Notes: generated by a model not told the origin, from the sequence alone. Positions 31,008 through 40,659 are shown, numbered from the stretch's first letter. The stretch is DNA of 64,000 bases from Nitrosopumilus sp. (GCA_965205675.1 OZ242186.1:448001-512000); one strand, 5' to 3'. Translations and numbers: made by a program.

Positions 31008-31940
31008 ATGGATAATTTGTCTCTAAAGGAATTATATTCTAAAAAACATATGAACTTCTCAAGGGTTAACTCTCTACTGAAAATTTCTTTTGGATTGGTT
31101 TTGTTTACTATGATTTCCTTTGTTTTTGTTTATGGGTATACTGAAACGATTTCTTTAGATGTCGAGGGCACTTTATTTGATGTAGAATATGATGTCATTG
31201 GAATGACTATTTCTGGAATTGAAGCAGATACTGATTTTTATTCTTTGATATTAACAGTTGATGTAACTGAATCTACCGGCGTGTTGAATATTACTTTAGA
31301 CCGCTCTTTCTTTGATTCTACCTATAAAGGATTAGATGAAGATTTTATTATTTTAGCTGAGGGTGACGAATCACCTTTTTCAGAAACTGCTACTTCCTCT
31401 CAAAGTAGAACTTTGAGTATTGAATTACCTGCCGGTACTAAAGAAATAGAAATTTTTGGTTCTGAATTTGGAGTTTCTATACCTGACGCAGTTCCAAATA
31501 CTAGTGAAAATGACGCAGCAGCACAAGCCGCAACAGACGCAGCAGCACAAGCCGCAACAGACGCAGCAACACAAGCCGCAACAGACGCAGCAGCACAAGC
31601 CGCAACAGACGCAGCAACACAAGCCGCAACAGACGCAGCAGCACAAGCCGCAACAGACGCAGCAGCACAAGCCGCAACCGATACTTCCTCAACACGGTGT
31701 GGCCCTGGAACAATTCTACAAAATGGTGCTTGTGTACTAGATGAAAGATGTGGTCCTGGTACTACTCTGAAAGATGGAACATGTGTTCTTGATTCCACAT
31801 CTCAATCTTCAAGCCCTTCAAATACTTCGATCAAAGAACATGGTAAAGACTTGGTTCTTGGTCTTATGGTTGCATTTGTAGGTGCTGGAATTGTTGGAAT
31901 TGTTTTCGCTTTGATTTCTAAAGCCAATAAAAGCAGCTAA
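31008..31940 (+). CDS. Membrane-anchored surface protein with Ala/Thr repeat stalk and two CGPGT Cys modules
   Basis: Signal peptide, beta-rich acidic domain, (DAAAQAAT)7, 2x CGPGTxLxxGxCV, C-terminal TM helix; start may be 31050. Confidence 0.75.
   Translation: MDNLSLKELYSKKHMNFSRVNSLLKISFGLVLFTMISFVFVYGYTETISLDVEGTLFDVEYDVIGMTISGIEADTDFYSLILTVDVTESTGVLNITLDRSFFDSTYKGLDEDFIILAEGDESPFSETATSSQSRTLSIELPAGTKEIEIFGSEFGVSIPDAVPNTSENDAAAQAATDAAAQAATDAATQAATDAAAQAATDAATQAATDAAAQAATDAAAQAATDTSSTRCGPGTILQNGACVLDERCGPGTTLKDGTCVLDSTSQSSSPSNTSIKEHGKDLVLGLMVAFVGAGIVGIVFALISKANKSS
31512..31679 (+). repeat. 24-bp coding tandem repeat x7
   Basis: gacgcagca(g/a)cacaagccgcaaca x7. Confidence 0.95.
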
Positions 31941-32452
31941 TCACAAGACAAATCTTCTGAATTCATGGTTTTATCAAACTCAAATCCTGATATTTTTTCT
32001 GTAGTTGAATATGGAATAATTCCCAAAACTGGCATATCTGCCTGCACTATTACTATAAGCTGATTAGGATCTAGTCTGATATCTCCCCCATCAAATTCAA
32101 AATCTAAAGCCATGAAAATGTGTTGGGCCGCAGCTGATTTTTCTGATAAAAATATCCCTTCTTGAATTATTGACGATGATGGATTTATTGTAGACGATTC
32201 TACTGAAAATGATCCTAAATAATTTTCTTCAAAATATGGCGATATTGTTATCCTCTCAAAACTAATCCAAAATGGTAATGAATTACAAAATTCTATTTTT
32301 CCATGATTCGACATTGTAAAAAAATTAAACTGTCCTGGGCTATCCCATCTATATTCTAATTCTTGTATTCCCAAAATACTGAGACCTGAATGTGCAAATG
32401 GTAATATGATTATGATGATTGCTATGATTGTAATGATGGAATGCTTATTCAT
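31937..32452 (-). CDS. Hypothetical protein with N-terminal membrane anchor
   Basis: 171-aa ORF, hydrophobic N-terminus, overlaps the upstream gene stop. Confidence 0.7.
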   Translation of the reverse strand: MNKHSIITIIAIIIIILPFAHSGLSILGIQELEYRWDSPGQFNFFTMSNHGKIEFCNSLPFWISFERITISPYFEENYLGSFSVESSTINPSSSIIQEGIFLSEKSAAAQHIFMALDFEFDGGDIRLDPNQLIVIVQADMPVLGIIPYSTTEKISGFEFDKTMNSEDLSCD

Positions 32453-33102
32453 ATCTCATTTTCAATTCCCATTGGCAATCCGATAATGTTTCTTCCAAGC
32501 AGATTGTTCATGGCTTTAGCGAAATTGTCATCTGATATAGCTCCTTCTAACCACCAATAACCAATATTTTTTACCCATTCTGGAATAGATACATCATACA
32601 CATTATTTTCATTAATTTCAAATGGAACATTAACTAATCCACCATCTACATATTTTTGAAATCCATCTAAAAGAAATCCATCTGAAATATTTCCTGAAAG
32701 CCAATTTGCCATTATTGGTTTAATTAATTCTGGAATGCAAATTGAATCTGATTTTACTAATTCAAATTCTGCAGAAGCAGTTGTTCCTAAGTATTGAACA
32801 TCAATGAAATATTTTCCTAATGGAAATATCTTTGCTTCAAATGGAACTAGTGATGGAATTGGATTTTGCAATTTTGTTATGGCTATTGGAATTGCACTGC
32901 TACTTTTGCCTGATTCATCACTGATGTGAATTATTGCTGGTTCTCCTGTAATTTCTGAAACTTCAATTATATAGAATAACTTTTCACAGTAACTGTATGT
33001 TGTTTTTTCCATTATTATTGAGACTATGGATTCTGTTTGAGCATGGGGCAAAAATGCCATAATTCCAATCGTGAAAATTATTGATAGTACTAATACCTTC
33101 AT
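32449..33102 (-). CDS. Secreted protein with thaumarchaeal IPxWVKN..WW..G.ISD module
   Basis: Signal peptide; IPEWVKNIGYWWLEGAISDDNF. Confidence 0.7.
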   Translation of the reverse strand: MKVLVLSIIFTIGIMAFLPHAQTESIVSIIMEKTTYSYCEKLFYIIEVSEITGEPAIIHISDESGKSSSAIPIAITKLQNPIPSLVPFEAKIFPLGKYFIDVQYLGTTASAEFELVKSDSICIPELIKPIMANWLSGNISDGFLLDGFQKYVDGGLVNVPFEINENNVYDVSIPEWVKNIGYWWLEGAISDDNFAKAMNNLLGRNIIGLPMGIENEI

Positions 33103-33433
33103 CTTTTTTTAAAATTCATACTGTTCAATAAAAATCTCAAAGCAATGCTGAGGAATCTTTTTTAATGATTTGAGCCTGGGTAATGTGTTTGTTGGCAGTT
33201 CTAGTCTTCTTGCGAGTTTTGGCACGAATGCAAGTACCTTCTAATTTACTAGCTGATTTTGGCACATATGGTTATAGTTATCATCGGAAGTCTTCTTAGA
33301 TAAGTGAAAAAATCACTAAAAAAAGATATGGCTGCTATAGTTTGGGCGTAAATTAAGATGATTCTAATAAATGAAAATAAGGAAAACTAGAATCTAAATC
33401 ATAGTTAATATTTGCAATATTTGTGTCAGTATC

Positions 33434-34432
33434 ATGGCAAAAACATGGAAAGATTCCGATATCAGTCTTGATCCTATTAAAGATCAAATCGTTGCTGTAA
33501 TTGGTTATGGAATTCAGGGTGATGCACAAGCAAACAACATGAAAGACTCTGATCTTAATGTGATAATTGGCCTAAACGAAGGAGGTAATAGCTGGAAAAA
33601 GGCAGAAGATGACGGTCACAAAGTAATGTCTGTTGTAGATGCAACAAAACAAGCAGATATTGTTCACATATTGATCCCTGATATGATTCAAGGCCAAGTA
33701 TACAAAGATGAAATTGAACCCAATCTTTCAAAAGGAAAAGCATTGTCATTTTCTCATGCAGCTGCAATCTATTGGAAATGGATTGAAGCACCAAGCAATG
33801 TTGATTTAATCATGATTGCACCAAAGGGACCTGGTTCCAAAGTTCGAGAAACATATCTTGATAATTTTGGCACTCCTGCAATTGTTGCAGTTGAACAAGA
33901 TTTTACCGGAAAAGCTTGGGATAGGACACTAGGAATTGCAAAAGCAATTGGAAGTGCAAGAGCTGGATTAATCAAAACTACTTTTAAAGAAGAAGTGGAA
34001 ACTGATTGGTTTGGTGAGCAAGCAGATCTTTGTGGTGGAGCCGCTTCTATGGTAACAAACGCATTTGAGACTCTTGTTGAAGGCGGATATCAGCCAGAAA
34101 TTGCATACTTTGAAGTTTTACATGAACTCAAACTCATCGTAGATATGATTCAAAGATATGGAATCAATGGAATGTGGAGACGTGTAAGTGAAACTGCACG
34201 ATATGGTGGACTAACACGTGGACCAATGGTTATGGATACTGTAAGTAAAGCAAACATGAAAAAAGTTCTTACCATGATTCAAGATGGCACATTCAACAAT
34301 GAGTGGATTTCTGAATATCAGAAAAATGGTAAAGATGCATTTGATAAATACATGAAAGAATATGACGAACACCAAATTGAAAAAGTTGGTAAAGAAATGC
34401 GTAAAATGATGTGGCCTGATTCCACAGAGTGA
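33434..34432 (+). CDS. ilvC: Ketol-acid reductoisomerase
   Basis: IGYGIQG, APKGPG, TDWFGEQ, EVLHELKLIVD, SETARYG. Confidence 0.97.
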   Translation: MAKTWKDSDISLDPIKDQIVAVIGYGIQGDAQANNMKDSDLNVIIGLNEGGNSWKKAEDDGHKVMSVVDATKQADIVHILIPDMIQGQVYKDEIEPNLSKGKALSFSHAAAIYWKWIEAPSNVDLIMIAPKGPGSKVRETYLDNFGTPAIVAVEQDFTGKAWDRTLGIAKAIGSARAGLIKTTFKEEVETDWFGEQADLCGGAASMVTNAFETLVEGGYQPEIAYFEVLHELKLIVDMIQRYGINGMWRRVSETARYGGLTRGPMVMDTVSKANMKKVLTMIQDGTFNNEWISEYQKNGKDAFDKYMKEYDEHQIEKVGKEMRKMMWPDSTE

Positions 34433-34554
34433 CTCATCATTTTTGTTGTATCCCAAAACCAATTCGTCTCTTATTCCGCATCTAATTCCAGTAGATAGGA
34501 AAGTGCTACCCAACATATCTATGTGAAATCTTTAAAAACATTTACACTCTTTTG

Positions 34555-34735
34555 CAACACATGAGAATGGCTACCGCTCGAGATGATCCCATTCATTTTC
34601 AAAAGATGAAACCGGACACATATCTATTCGAGGATCTCCCTCAGTACCATTCTTCATCCATTTATCAGAACCATGCCGCAGTTACAAAACGAGGATCTCC
34701 CTCAATATGTTTAACGAGGATTATAGTTCTGATCA
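34555..34735 (-). ncRNA. Putative bridge/seekRNA of the IS110 element
   Basis: Two stem-loop domains; stem ATCAGAACTAT/ATGGTTCTGAT; duplicated hairpin TGAGGGAGATCCTCG; homologous co-varying copy at 57716-57840. Confidence 0.6.
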
Positions 34736-34745
34736 TAATGTTTCA

Positions 34746-35747
34746 TTATGCATTTTTGATGCACTGGTAAAATGTCATGTTGTTTTTTAACATCCAGTAA
34801 ATTATTCTCAACAGTTTGGATGCTGCTGCCACTGCAGCTTTTGATGTCCCCCTCTTTTTTGCAAGACGTTTGTAAAAATTTGTAATGGTGCTGTTTTTTG
34901 CATATCTTACATGAGAATGTACTGTCTCCACCAGAACCCAGCGTAACATGCTACTTCCTCTTCTTGTTATGGAACCATGGCGTATGGTGTCAGCTGAGTT
35001 TCTAACGGATGGTACAATTCCTGCATATGAACACAGTTTGTGAGAATCTGAAAATCTTTCGATATTGTCAATTTCAGAGGATATGGTTAATGCAGTAAAT
35101 CTTCCAACACCAGGTATTGATTCTAAGAGTTGTGCATTAGAATCATGTTTTAGAGCATCCTTGATTCTCATGTCTGACTCTGCGATTCTATCATTGATTG
35201 ATATTATCATCTTGAGATATCCATCTATTCGATAGTCATCTAATCCCAACAGTTTGTGCACACATGAATCAGAAAATGCAGTTCCTGGTATCTTGATTGC
35301 ATTTTGTAAGGTTATACTGTGAATCAAATTTTTCATCCTTGTCCTGTTGCGGACTAGTTTGGTTCTATATCTCACCAGTTGTCTTGTTTGCACGGTATCT
35401 TTTTCTGGTACATGACAAGATGAGATGTATCCTCCTCTTAGCAAATCTGCCAAGATGTGAGCATCAATCTTGTCAGTTTTTTTCTTTGATGCTGCAATTG
35501 CTTTTGTGTGATATGGGTTTGATAGTATTACATCAAATCCTAGTTCGTCTCGCAGAAACCTAAACACGCCATACCAGACAGATGATGATTCCATTACACA
35601 TTTTGAGTTTTTTGGGATTGCAGAAAATACTTTTTTGATATCCTCTCTGGTGTTTGTAATTTTTTCATTGAATAATGTATGTCCTTTATCATCCATTGTT
35701 TCGACCTGTAAGAATTCTTTGTGCAAATCAATTCCGACATAGGTCAT
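34746..35747 (-). CDS. IS110 DEDD recombinase/transposase
   Basis: YVGIDLHK, VMESS, KTDKIDA, SIPGVG, YAGIVPSVRNSA; start MTYVGID (frame open to 35855). Confidence 0.95.
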   Translation of the reverse strand: MTYVGIDLHKEFLQVETMDDKGHTLFNEKITNTREDIKKVFSAIPKNSKCVMESSSVWYGVFRFLRDELGFDVILSNPYHTKAIAASKKKTDKIDAHILADLLRGGYISSCHVPEKDTVQTRQLVRYRTKLVRNRTRMKNLIHSITLQNAIKIPGTAFSDSCVHKLLGLDDYRIDGYLKMIISINDRIAESDMRIKDALKHDSNAQLLESIPGVGRFTALTISSEIDNIERFSDSHKLCSYAGIVPSVRNSADTIRHGSITRRGSSMLRWVLVETVHSHVRYAKNSTITNFYKRLAKKRGTSKAAVAAASKLLRIIYWMLKNNMTFYQCIKNA

Positions 35748-35876
35748 GGGTTTTGTCTTTCTAGTCCTAATGATTTTCTTTGGCTTTTTCTTGGAGATGT
35801 ATCTTTTAGAAACTATAGAATCAGCAGTACCATCTAAATTTCGTTGTTTATTCACATATGGTTACTCTCTAACATA

Positions 35877-36620
35877 AGTTCGTCAACCATCCTCTCGTTG
35901 CATATACTTGAGAATGTCTAAATTGAATCGTCTGGTTCTGTAATATCTGGAGATATTATTTTTCAGATTACTCAGAGATGACAGATATTGTGACACCAAC
36001 AAATTGTATTTTCCTGGGCTTCCATACTTCCTCAACTGCATTGAACTGTGGTGAGTCTTTTGAAAACCAATTCAATAGAATATCATCTGTATTCTCATCA
36101 AGATATTTTTGTACTAGTTTTGATCTGTGTTGTGGTGCTCAGTCTACATAGACTAGAATCTTGCCAAACTTTCTGTGCAATTCCTTTAGATAATCCAAAA
36201 AACAGTATTGATCAAATTTTTCATATTGTCTGAATAATTGCCTGCCGTCATGAGTCAGTGCATCAAAAATGATTGTTTTTTGATGTGTTCCATTTGCCAA
36301 AATGATTGGACATGTTCCTTTCTTTATCGCCCATCTTTTTTCTAAATATTGCATCTGTAGTAAAGATGGACTCGTCTTGTGATAGTATGGTAAAGCATTC
36401 TTCTATTTTTGAAGCAATTTGTTCTTTGGAGTTTTTTTTAAAACCAGAGTTTTTCCTCTGGTGTTGCAGAATTAACAAATCTTTTTGCTGCAACCTTTGA
36501 AACAAATCCTCATTTGTGTAATAATTGATACCCATGAACCTCATAATATCTTATTCCCGATTTTTCATAAATTAAATTTATCACTTGTTTTGCACTCCAG
36601 CCTGACTGGTTTTCTGCAAT
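35877..36620 (-). mobile_element. IS630-family transposase remnant (frameshifted)
   Basis: ILSQDESIF, DGRQLFRQY, VYVD*APQH, SPQFNAVEEVW, ISRYYRTRRFNLDILKYMQREDG*. Confidence 0.8.
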
Positions 36621-36765
36621 TTGTAGTTGGATGTTGACTGGTTTCTTTTTTGGTTTGTTTATTGTTATATTTTTTTGTAACTTTATCCTTTAAACACTAT
36701 CCGTTAACCTTCTACCAATTTTTGTTATTAGACAGATTAATAGGCTCATTTTAGGCACAAATTTC

Positions 36766-37923
36766 ATGTCTTTTGATTCCCAAAATATTCGACATTCTAT
36801 TTTATCAAAATGGCATGAGTCTCTTTCTAAATATGGAAATTTGTTTTCTTCTGATTCTATTAGTGGTACTAGTCCTCCTTCTATATTTGTTGGTTCATAT
36901 GATTATCCTACAGTCTTTGTAGGTCCTATGGTGCCTCCAATTCATGGAGACACCAGCTTACTTGATTCTCCTGAACAATGGAAAGGCAAGTCCCTAGAAG
37001 ATATAGTTAATTTTAGATTAAATTTGGTTCGTGGGATTCAAAAAATCTCAATTGATCAAGTAAATGGACGTTATATTGAAAGTCTACAAGAGGTTGCAAT
37101 GTCTTCAAAACCTATTGACTCTGATCTTATTTTTCAAAAAGCCACTTCTCCAAATGTTTCTCTCGATGGAGAAAGCGCACCCTTTGGTCCTATTGGGGAA
37201 ATTAAATCTGTTAAATTTTCTGGAACTGTGTCTGTAAAATCTATAGAAAAAACATACTATGATAACGATCTGAAAGCCCAAGATGCAATCTTGAATTTAT
37301 ACAACTCTGGAATTGAAATTTCAAAAATTCAAAAATGTTTTAGTATTGGAATGTTTGGGCATAAAAGAAAACTGGTTCCTACTAAATGGAGTATTACTGC
37401 AACTGATGATATTATTTGTAAATCTCTTACTGAGGATGTTCTAAATTATAGTTTGATTGATTCCCATAGGGTCTTTTCATATGAGCATTTAGGAAATATT
37501 TTCACTATCATTTTGTTTCCTCATAGATGGGCTTATGAAATGATTGAAGCTTGGTATTCTAATGGTATATTGGGATTTGGTTCTGATTATGAGGATGCTC
37601 GCGGAATTGATCATCCTCCTGCAATTGCTGGGGCATATTTTGCAGCAAAATTAGGCGTTTTGGAATATCTGAACAAAAAGAAAATTCAGGCAGGTGTTGT
37701 GATTTTGCGTGAAATTAGGTCTGAATATGCAATACCTGTAGGTGTTTGGCAAGTTAGAGAAGGTATTCGTGAGGCTGTCCTCAAGCCCCATATAGTTGCT
37801 GATAACTTTGATCATGCGTTATCTTTGGCATCTGCTAAGATGAGTATTAGCAAATCTGAATGGTTATCCCACGGAAACATCGTTGAATTGATGAGGCAAA
37901 AAACAATTTCCGATTTTTTCTAA
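36766..37923 (+). CDS. nreA: Nre-family DNA repair protein with C-terminal PIP box
   Basis: SPPSIFVG, RKLVPTKWSITATD, PVGVWQVRE, QKTISDFF. Confidence 0.88.
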   Translation: MSFDSQNIRHSILSKWHESLSKYGNLFSSDSISGTSPPSIFVGSYDYPTVFVGPMVPPIHGDTSLLDSPEQWKGKSLEDIVNFRLNLVRGIQKISIDQVNGRYIESLQEVAMSSKPIDSDLIFQKATSPNVSLDGESAPFGPIGEIKSVKFSGTVSVKSIEKTYYDNDLKAQDAILNLYNSGIEISKIQKCFSIGMFGHKRKLVPTKWSITATDDIICKSLTEDVLNYSLIDSHRVFSYEHLGNIFTIILFPHRWAYEMIEAWYSNGILGFGSDYEDARGIDHPPAIAGAYFAAKLGVLEYLNKKKIQAGVVILREIRSEYAIPVGVWQVREGIREAVLKPHIVADNFDHALSLASAKMSISKSEWLSHGNIVELMRQKTISDFF

Positions 37924-38314
37924 TTCTTTTTTTGATTTATTTCAATAAGAGAGCATAAATTACAAATTCAATTAAAAAATAAAATAATGAACGAAGATAT
38001 GGCAGAATATGGATATTCCAAATATGGTGAACATACGATCAATGAAAGTCTTGAATCATCTTTGCCTGATATCATTGTAAAAATTGAAAAGACTGGCAAA
38101 AATGCTTTTTCTTATTTTCGACAAGATTATGAAGATAAAATAATCAAAAAAAAAAAATGATTCATATAAAATCCAATGAACTCGCAATTGAACTTGCACC
38201 TATTAGCCCTTGAATCATTCTGCAAGACGTACTGGATATGTTTTTTTAAAATTTGACAAGGAAATATATCTTTAGAAATCCTGCAAAGATTTCATGAATT
38301 TTTGATCGTCGCTA

Positions 38315-39412
38315 TAGTTTAGGCATATAAATTTTGAACGAATTATCAACTATTTTAACCCAAAAGATCTAGATCATAGTTTATACTTACAGAAATGTCA
38401 AAACAAACTAAAGCATTAATGGTATCTTCAGGAAGCCATTTCATGAAAGGAACAAGCATTAATTTTTTAAGAAAAACATGCAAGAATGAAAAAAATGCAA
38501 AAGCGAAGATAAGATTAAAGGGATACTAAGAAAACAAGATAATGATATGTGCCAGTTTGGATGTCATACCATCAACTCTGTCCTACTGGCTAAATCGAAT
38601 GGATAAAGAGGGAATAACTGCATCACACCGTAAGGAATATTCTGGCTCTAGATGAAATTAAGAGATGATCTAATTTCAGGTCCAGAAAAGTTTGGATTCA
38701 ATCAATTCATGTGGAGTACTGTAATTACACATGTGAATAAAAAATACAACACGCTATACTCTGCAAGAGGAATGCGTGAATTGCTGCACAGAATCGGATT
38801 CTCATCTAAAAAACCAAGACAGACTCATCACAAATCAGCCTCAAAAGAGGAACAAACCCGTTTTAAAAAAACGCAAAAAGGAGTATCAAAAAATATTCCA
38901 AATTGGGATACACCACACTATGTCTGGACGAGTCAACAAATAAAGTAGCACCCAACATAAAGCGCGGATGGTATCTTGCAGGCAATAACATTACCACACC
39001 AATTAATTACACTCGAGAAAAATTTCAATCATTTGGTGCATTGGGCAATAACGGTGTATTTTTTTGCAGGTTCTATGATAAATCAAACACAGACTCATTT
39101 CTTGATTTTTTAGAATCACTGCAAAAACAATTTGGTAAGAAATTGTTACTGTTTGCAGATAATGCATCATACCACAAAAGTGTCCGAGTAAAAGAATTTC
39201 TCAAAGCACCAAAAAATAAAGTAATAATTAGATATTTTCCTGCATACACTCCAGAACTCAATCCAATTGAGATACAGTGGAGAGAAGAGAAAAATGGTAA
39301 TGCCAATACATTCTTTGCAAATGGAACTGAAATGAGAAAACACATGCAGAAGAGACTAGATAATGGAGCGGTTCGAGTTGTTAAAGTGTTCAAATATTTA
39401 ATGCCTTAACTA
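38315..39412 (+). mobile_element. IS630-family element with damaged orfA
   Basis: TIRs TAGTTTAGGCAT.../...ATGCCTTAACTA, TA duplications at 38313 and 39413; orfA/orfB overlap with slippery TTTTAAAAAAA. Confidence 0.88.
38903..39409 (+). CDS. IS630 transposase DDE domain (orfB)
   Basis: CLDES, ADNASYH, PAYTPELNPIEIQW. Confidence 0.85.
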   Translation: MGYTTLCLDESTNKVAPNIKRGWYLAGNNITTPINYTREKFQSFGALGNNGVFFCRFYDKSNTDSFLDFLESLQKQFGKKLLLFADNASYHKSVRVKEFLKAPKNKVIIRYFPAYTPELNPIEIQWREEKNGNANTFFANGTEMRKHMQKRLDNGAVRVVKVFKYLMP

Positions 39413-39441
39413 TATGCTATGGAGATGGGATTGGAATAATT

Positions 39442-40260
39442 GTGGAATTTTTACAAAGTTTATCTAAAATGGAAATTGTTGGTGGTCTTACTGTTCTTTC
39501 TTTCTTGATTGGTAGAATCATTATGGCGGTTGGCATTATTGTGGCAAAAATTACAAAAATGATCTTCTTGAAATACTATGCACCAACTCTCTCACAAGAT
39601 ACCGCAAAGAACTTTGGAAAAATCATCTATTTTGGAATCCTTGTTATTGCTTTTCTAGTATTTACTTCTAGTCCGGGTCTTGATTTTTCTGGATTGTTAG
39701 TAGATGATGGAATATTTGCTGTAGTAATTGGATTTGCAACTCAATCTGTTATTTTTAATTTGATTTCAGGTGTCTTTTTGATGATTGAAAAACCTACCAA
39801 ACATGGAGATATTATTCAAATTTCAGATATGGAAATTTCTGGAACTTTGTTAGATATTGGTACCTTTTCAAGTAGAGTTAGAAAATTTGATGGAACAGTA
39901 ATTCAAATTCCTAATGAAAAATTTTTCACTTCTAACATTAGATCGTTAACTGTTTTGACTGTTAGAAGGGATGAAGATGTGGTTGGAATTGCATACTAGG
40001 ATGACATTGAACATGCTATTTCTGTAATCAAAAATGAAATTCAATTTACCATGCCCTTTGTTCTACAAATCCCTGAACCTGAGTTTAGGGTTGAAAAGTT
40101 GGGTGACTCTAGTGTGAATATTCAAGTTTTTGTTTGGCACCCTCGTGATGATTGGAGTCCGGCTCAATCTATCTTGTTGACTATAATAAAGCGTGTGTTA
40201 GACAAATCTGGAGTTAAAATCCCATTCCCACAAAGGGTTGTTTGGGATGCCAAAGACTAG
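39442..40260 (+). pseudogene. mscS: Small-conductance mechanosensitive channel with in-frame TAG
   Basis: GFATQS..NLISG, IPNEKF, VGIAY*DDIEHAI...KLGDSSVN...IPFPQR; single TAG at 39997. Confidence 0.8.
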
Positions 40261-40261
40261 T

Positions 40262-40540
40262 TTATGCAACTTTTTGAATTTGTTTCTTTTGTTGTCTTTT
40301 TTTGAGCAAACTAAACATTATCATTCCAACATTAACTATTGAAATAATTTCAATTAGATCAACTCCATACAAAAACCAATCAATTATTGGATGGACTCTG
40401 GATATAATTCCTGCCTCTAACATTATATCTGCATTCCATACCATGTGTGGGATTTGGATGAATTGTATGATTGCAATTAAAATTACACTACCTAATATTT
40501 TATTTTCATACCATTGCCAAAATCTATTCCACATGTTCAT
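40262..40540 (-). CDS. Small membrane protein
   Basis: 92 aa with two hydrophobic segments. Confidence 0.65.
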   Translation of the reverse strand: MNMWNRFWQWYENKILGSVILIAIIQFIQIPHMVWNADIMLEAGIISRVHPIIDWFLYGVDLIEIISIVNVGMIMFSLLKKRQQKKQIQKVA

Positions 40541-40659
40541 ACATTGTATTGTTGTTTTATTCTATTAAACATCACGAAAATTAGATTCTCCTAATTAGAC
40601 TCCCCTAATTTTTCTAGGCATAAAAATACCTAGTATGAACTAATTAATTTAAGCTAAAT

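Larger units (their letters stand above)
34512..35876 (-). mobile_element. IS110-family (IS1111-type) insertion sequence, apparently complete
   Basis: AACATA repeated at both boundaries (34512, 35871), sub-terminal IR TATGTGAA/TTCACATA (34520, 35851), long 3' non-coding end. Confidence 0.75.
37987..39439 (+). pseudogene. DUF432-like gene remnant (A12 run, deletion, IS630 insertion) upstream of mscS
   Basis: MNEDMAEYGYSKYG...ELAPI...GYVFLKFDKEIYL fragments; C-terminus AMEMGLE* resumes after the IS; family call from memory of context. Confidence 0.45.

Noticed and set aside
31512-31679. Possible CRISPR array
   Set aside because: Head-to-tail repeats with no spacers, in frame in a CDS; no cas genes in the window
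31400-31798. Cys-rich, Gln-rich and Leu/Arg-rich ORFs (CCCVCCGL, QQHKPQQT, RLVLLRLL repeats)
   Set aside because: Alternative-frame shadows of the 24-bp repeat in the real + strand gene
33140-33350. Possible leader peptide/attenuator or small gene before ilvC
   Set aside because: Only broken hydrophobic fragments and no convincing structure
34629-34704. 15-bp direct repeats as a mini-CRISPR
   Set aside because: Only two short copies, better explained as hairpins in the IS110 non-coding end
34552-34770. 72-aa + strand ORF behind the IS110 transposase
   Set aside because: TTG start, no motifs, antisense to the putative RNA and not kept in copy 2
34553-35902. Imperfect IR TGCAACACATGAGAATGG / CCATCCTCTCGTTGCA as IS110 ends
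   Set aside because: The right-hand sequence lies in the IS630 coding 3' end; the AACATA core plus TATGTGAA IR gives a more coherent boundary
39997-39999. Amber codon in mscS as pyrrolysine/readthrough
   Set aside because: No pyl genes seen, neighbouring gene decayed, other damaging substitutions present; nonsense mutation is simpler
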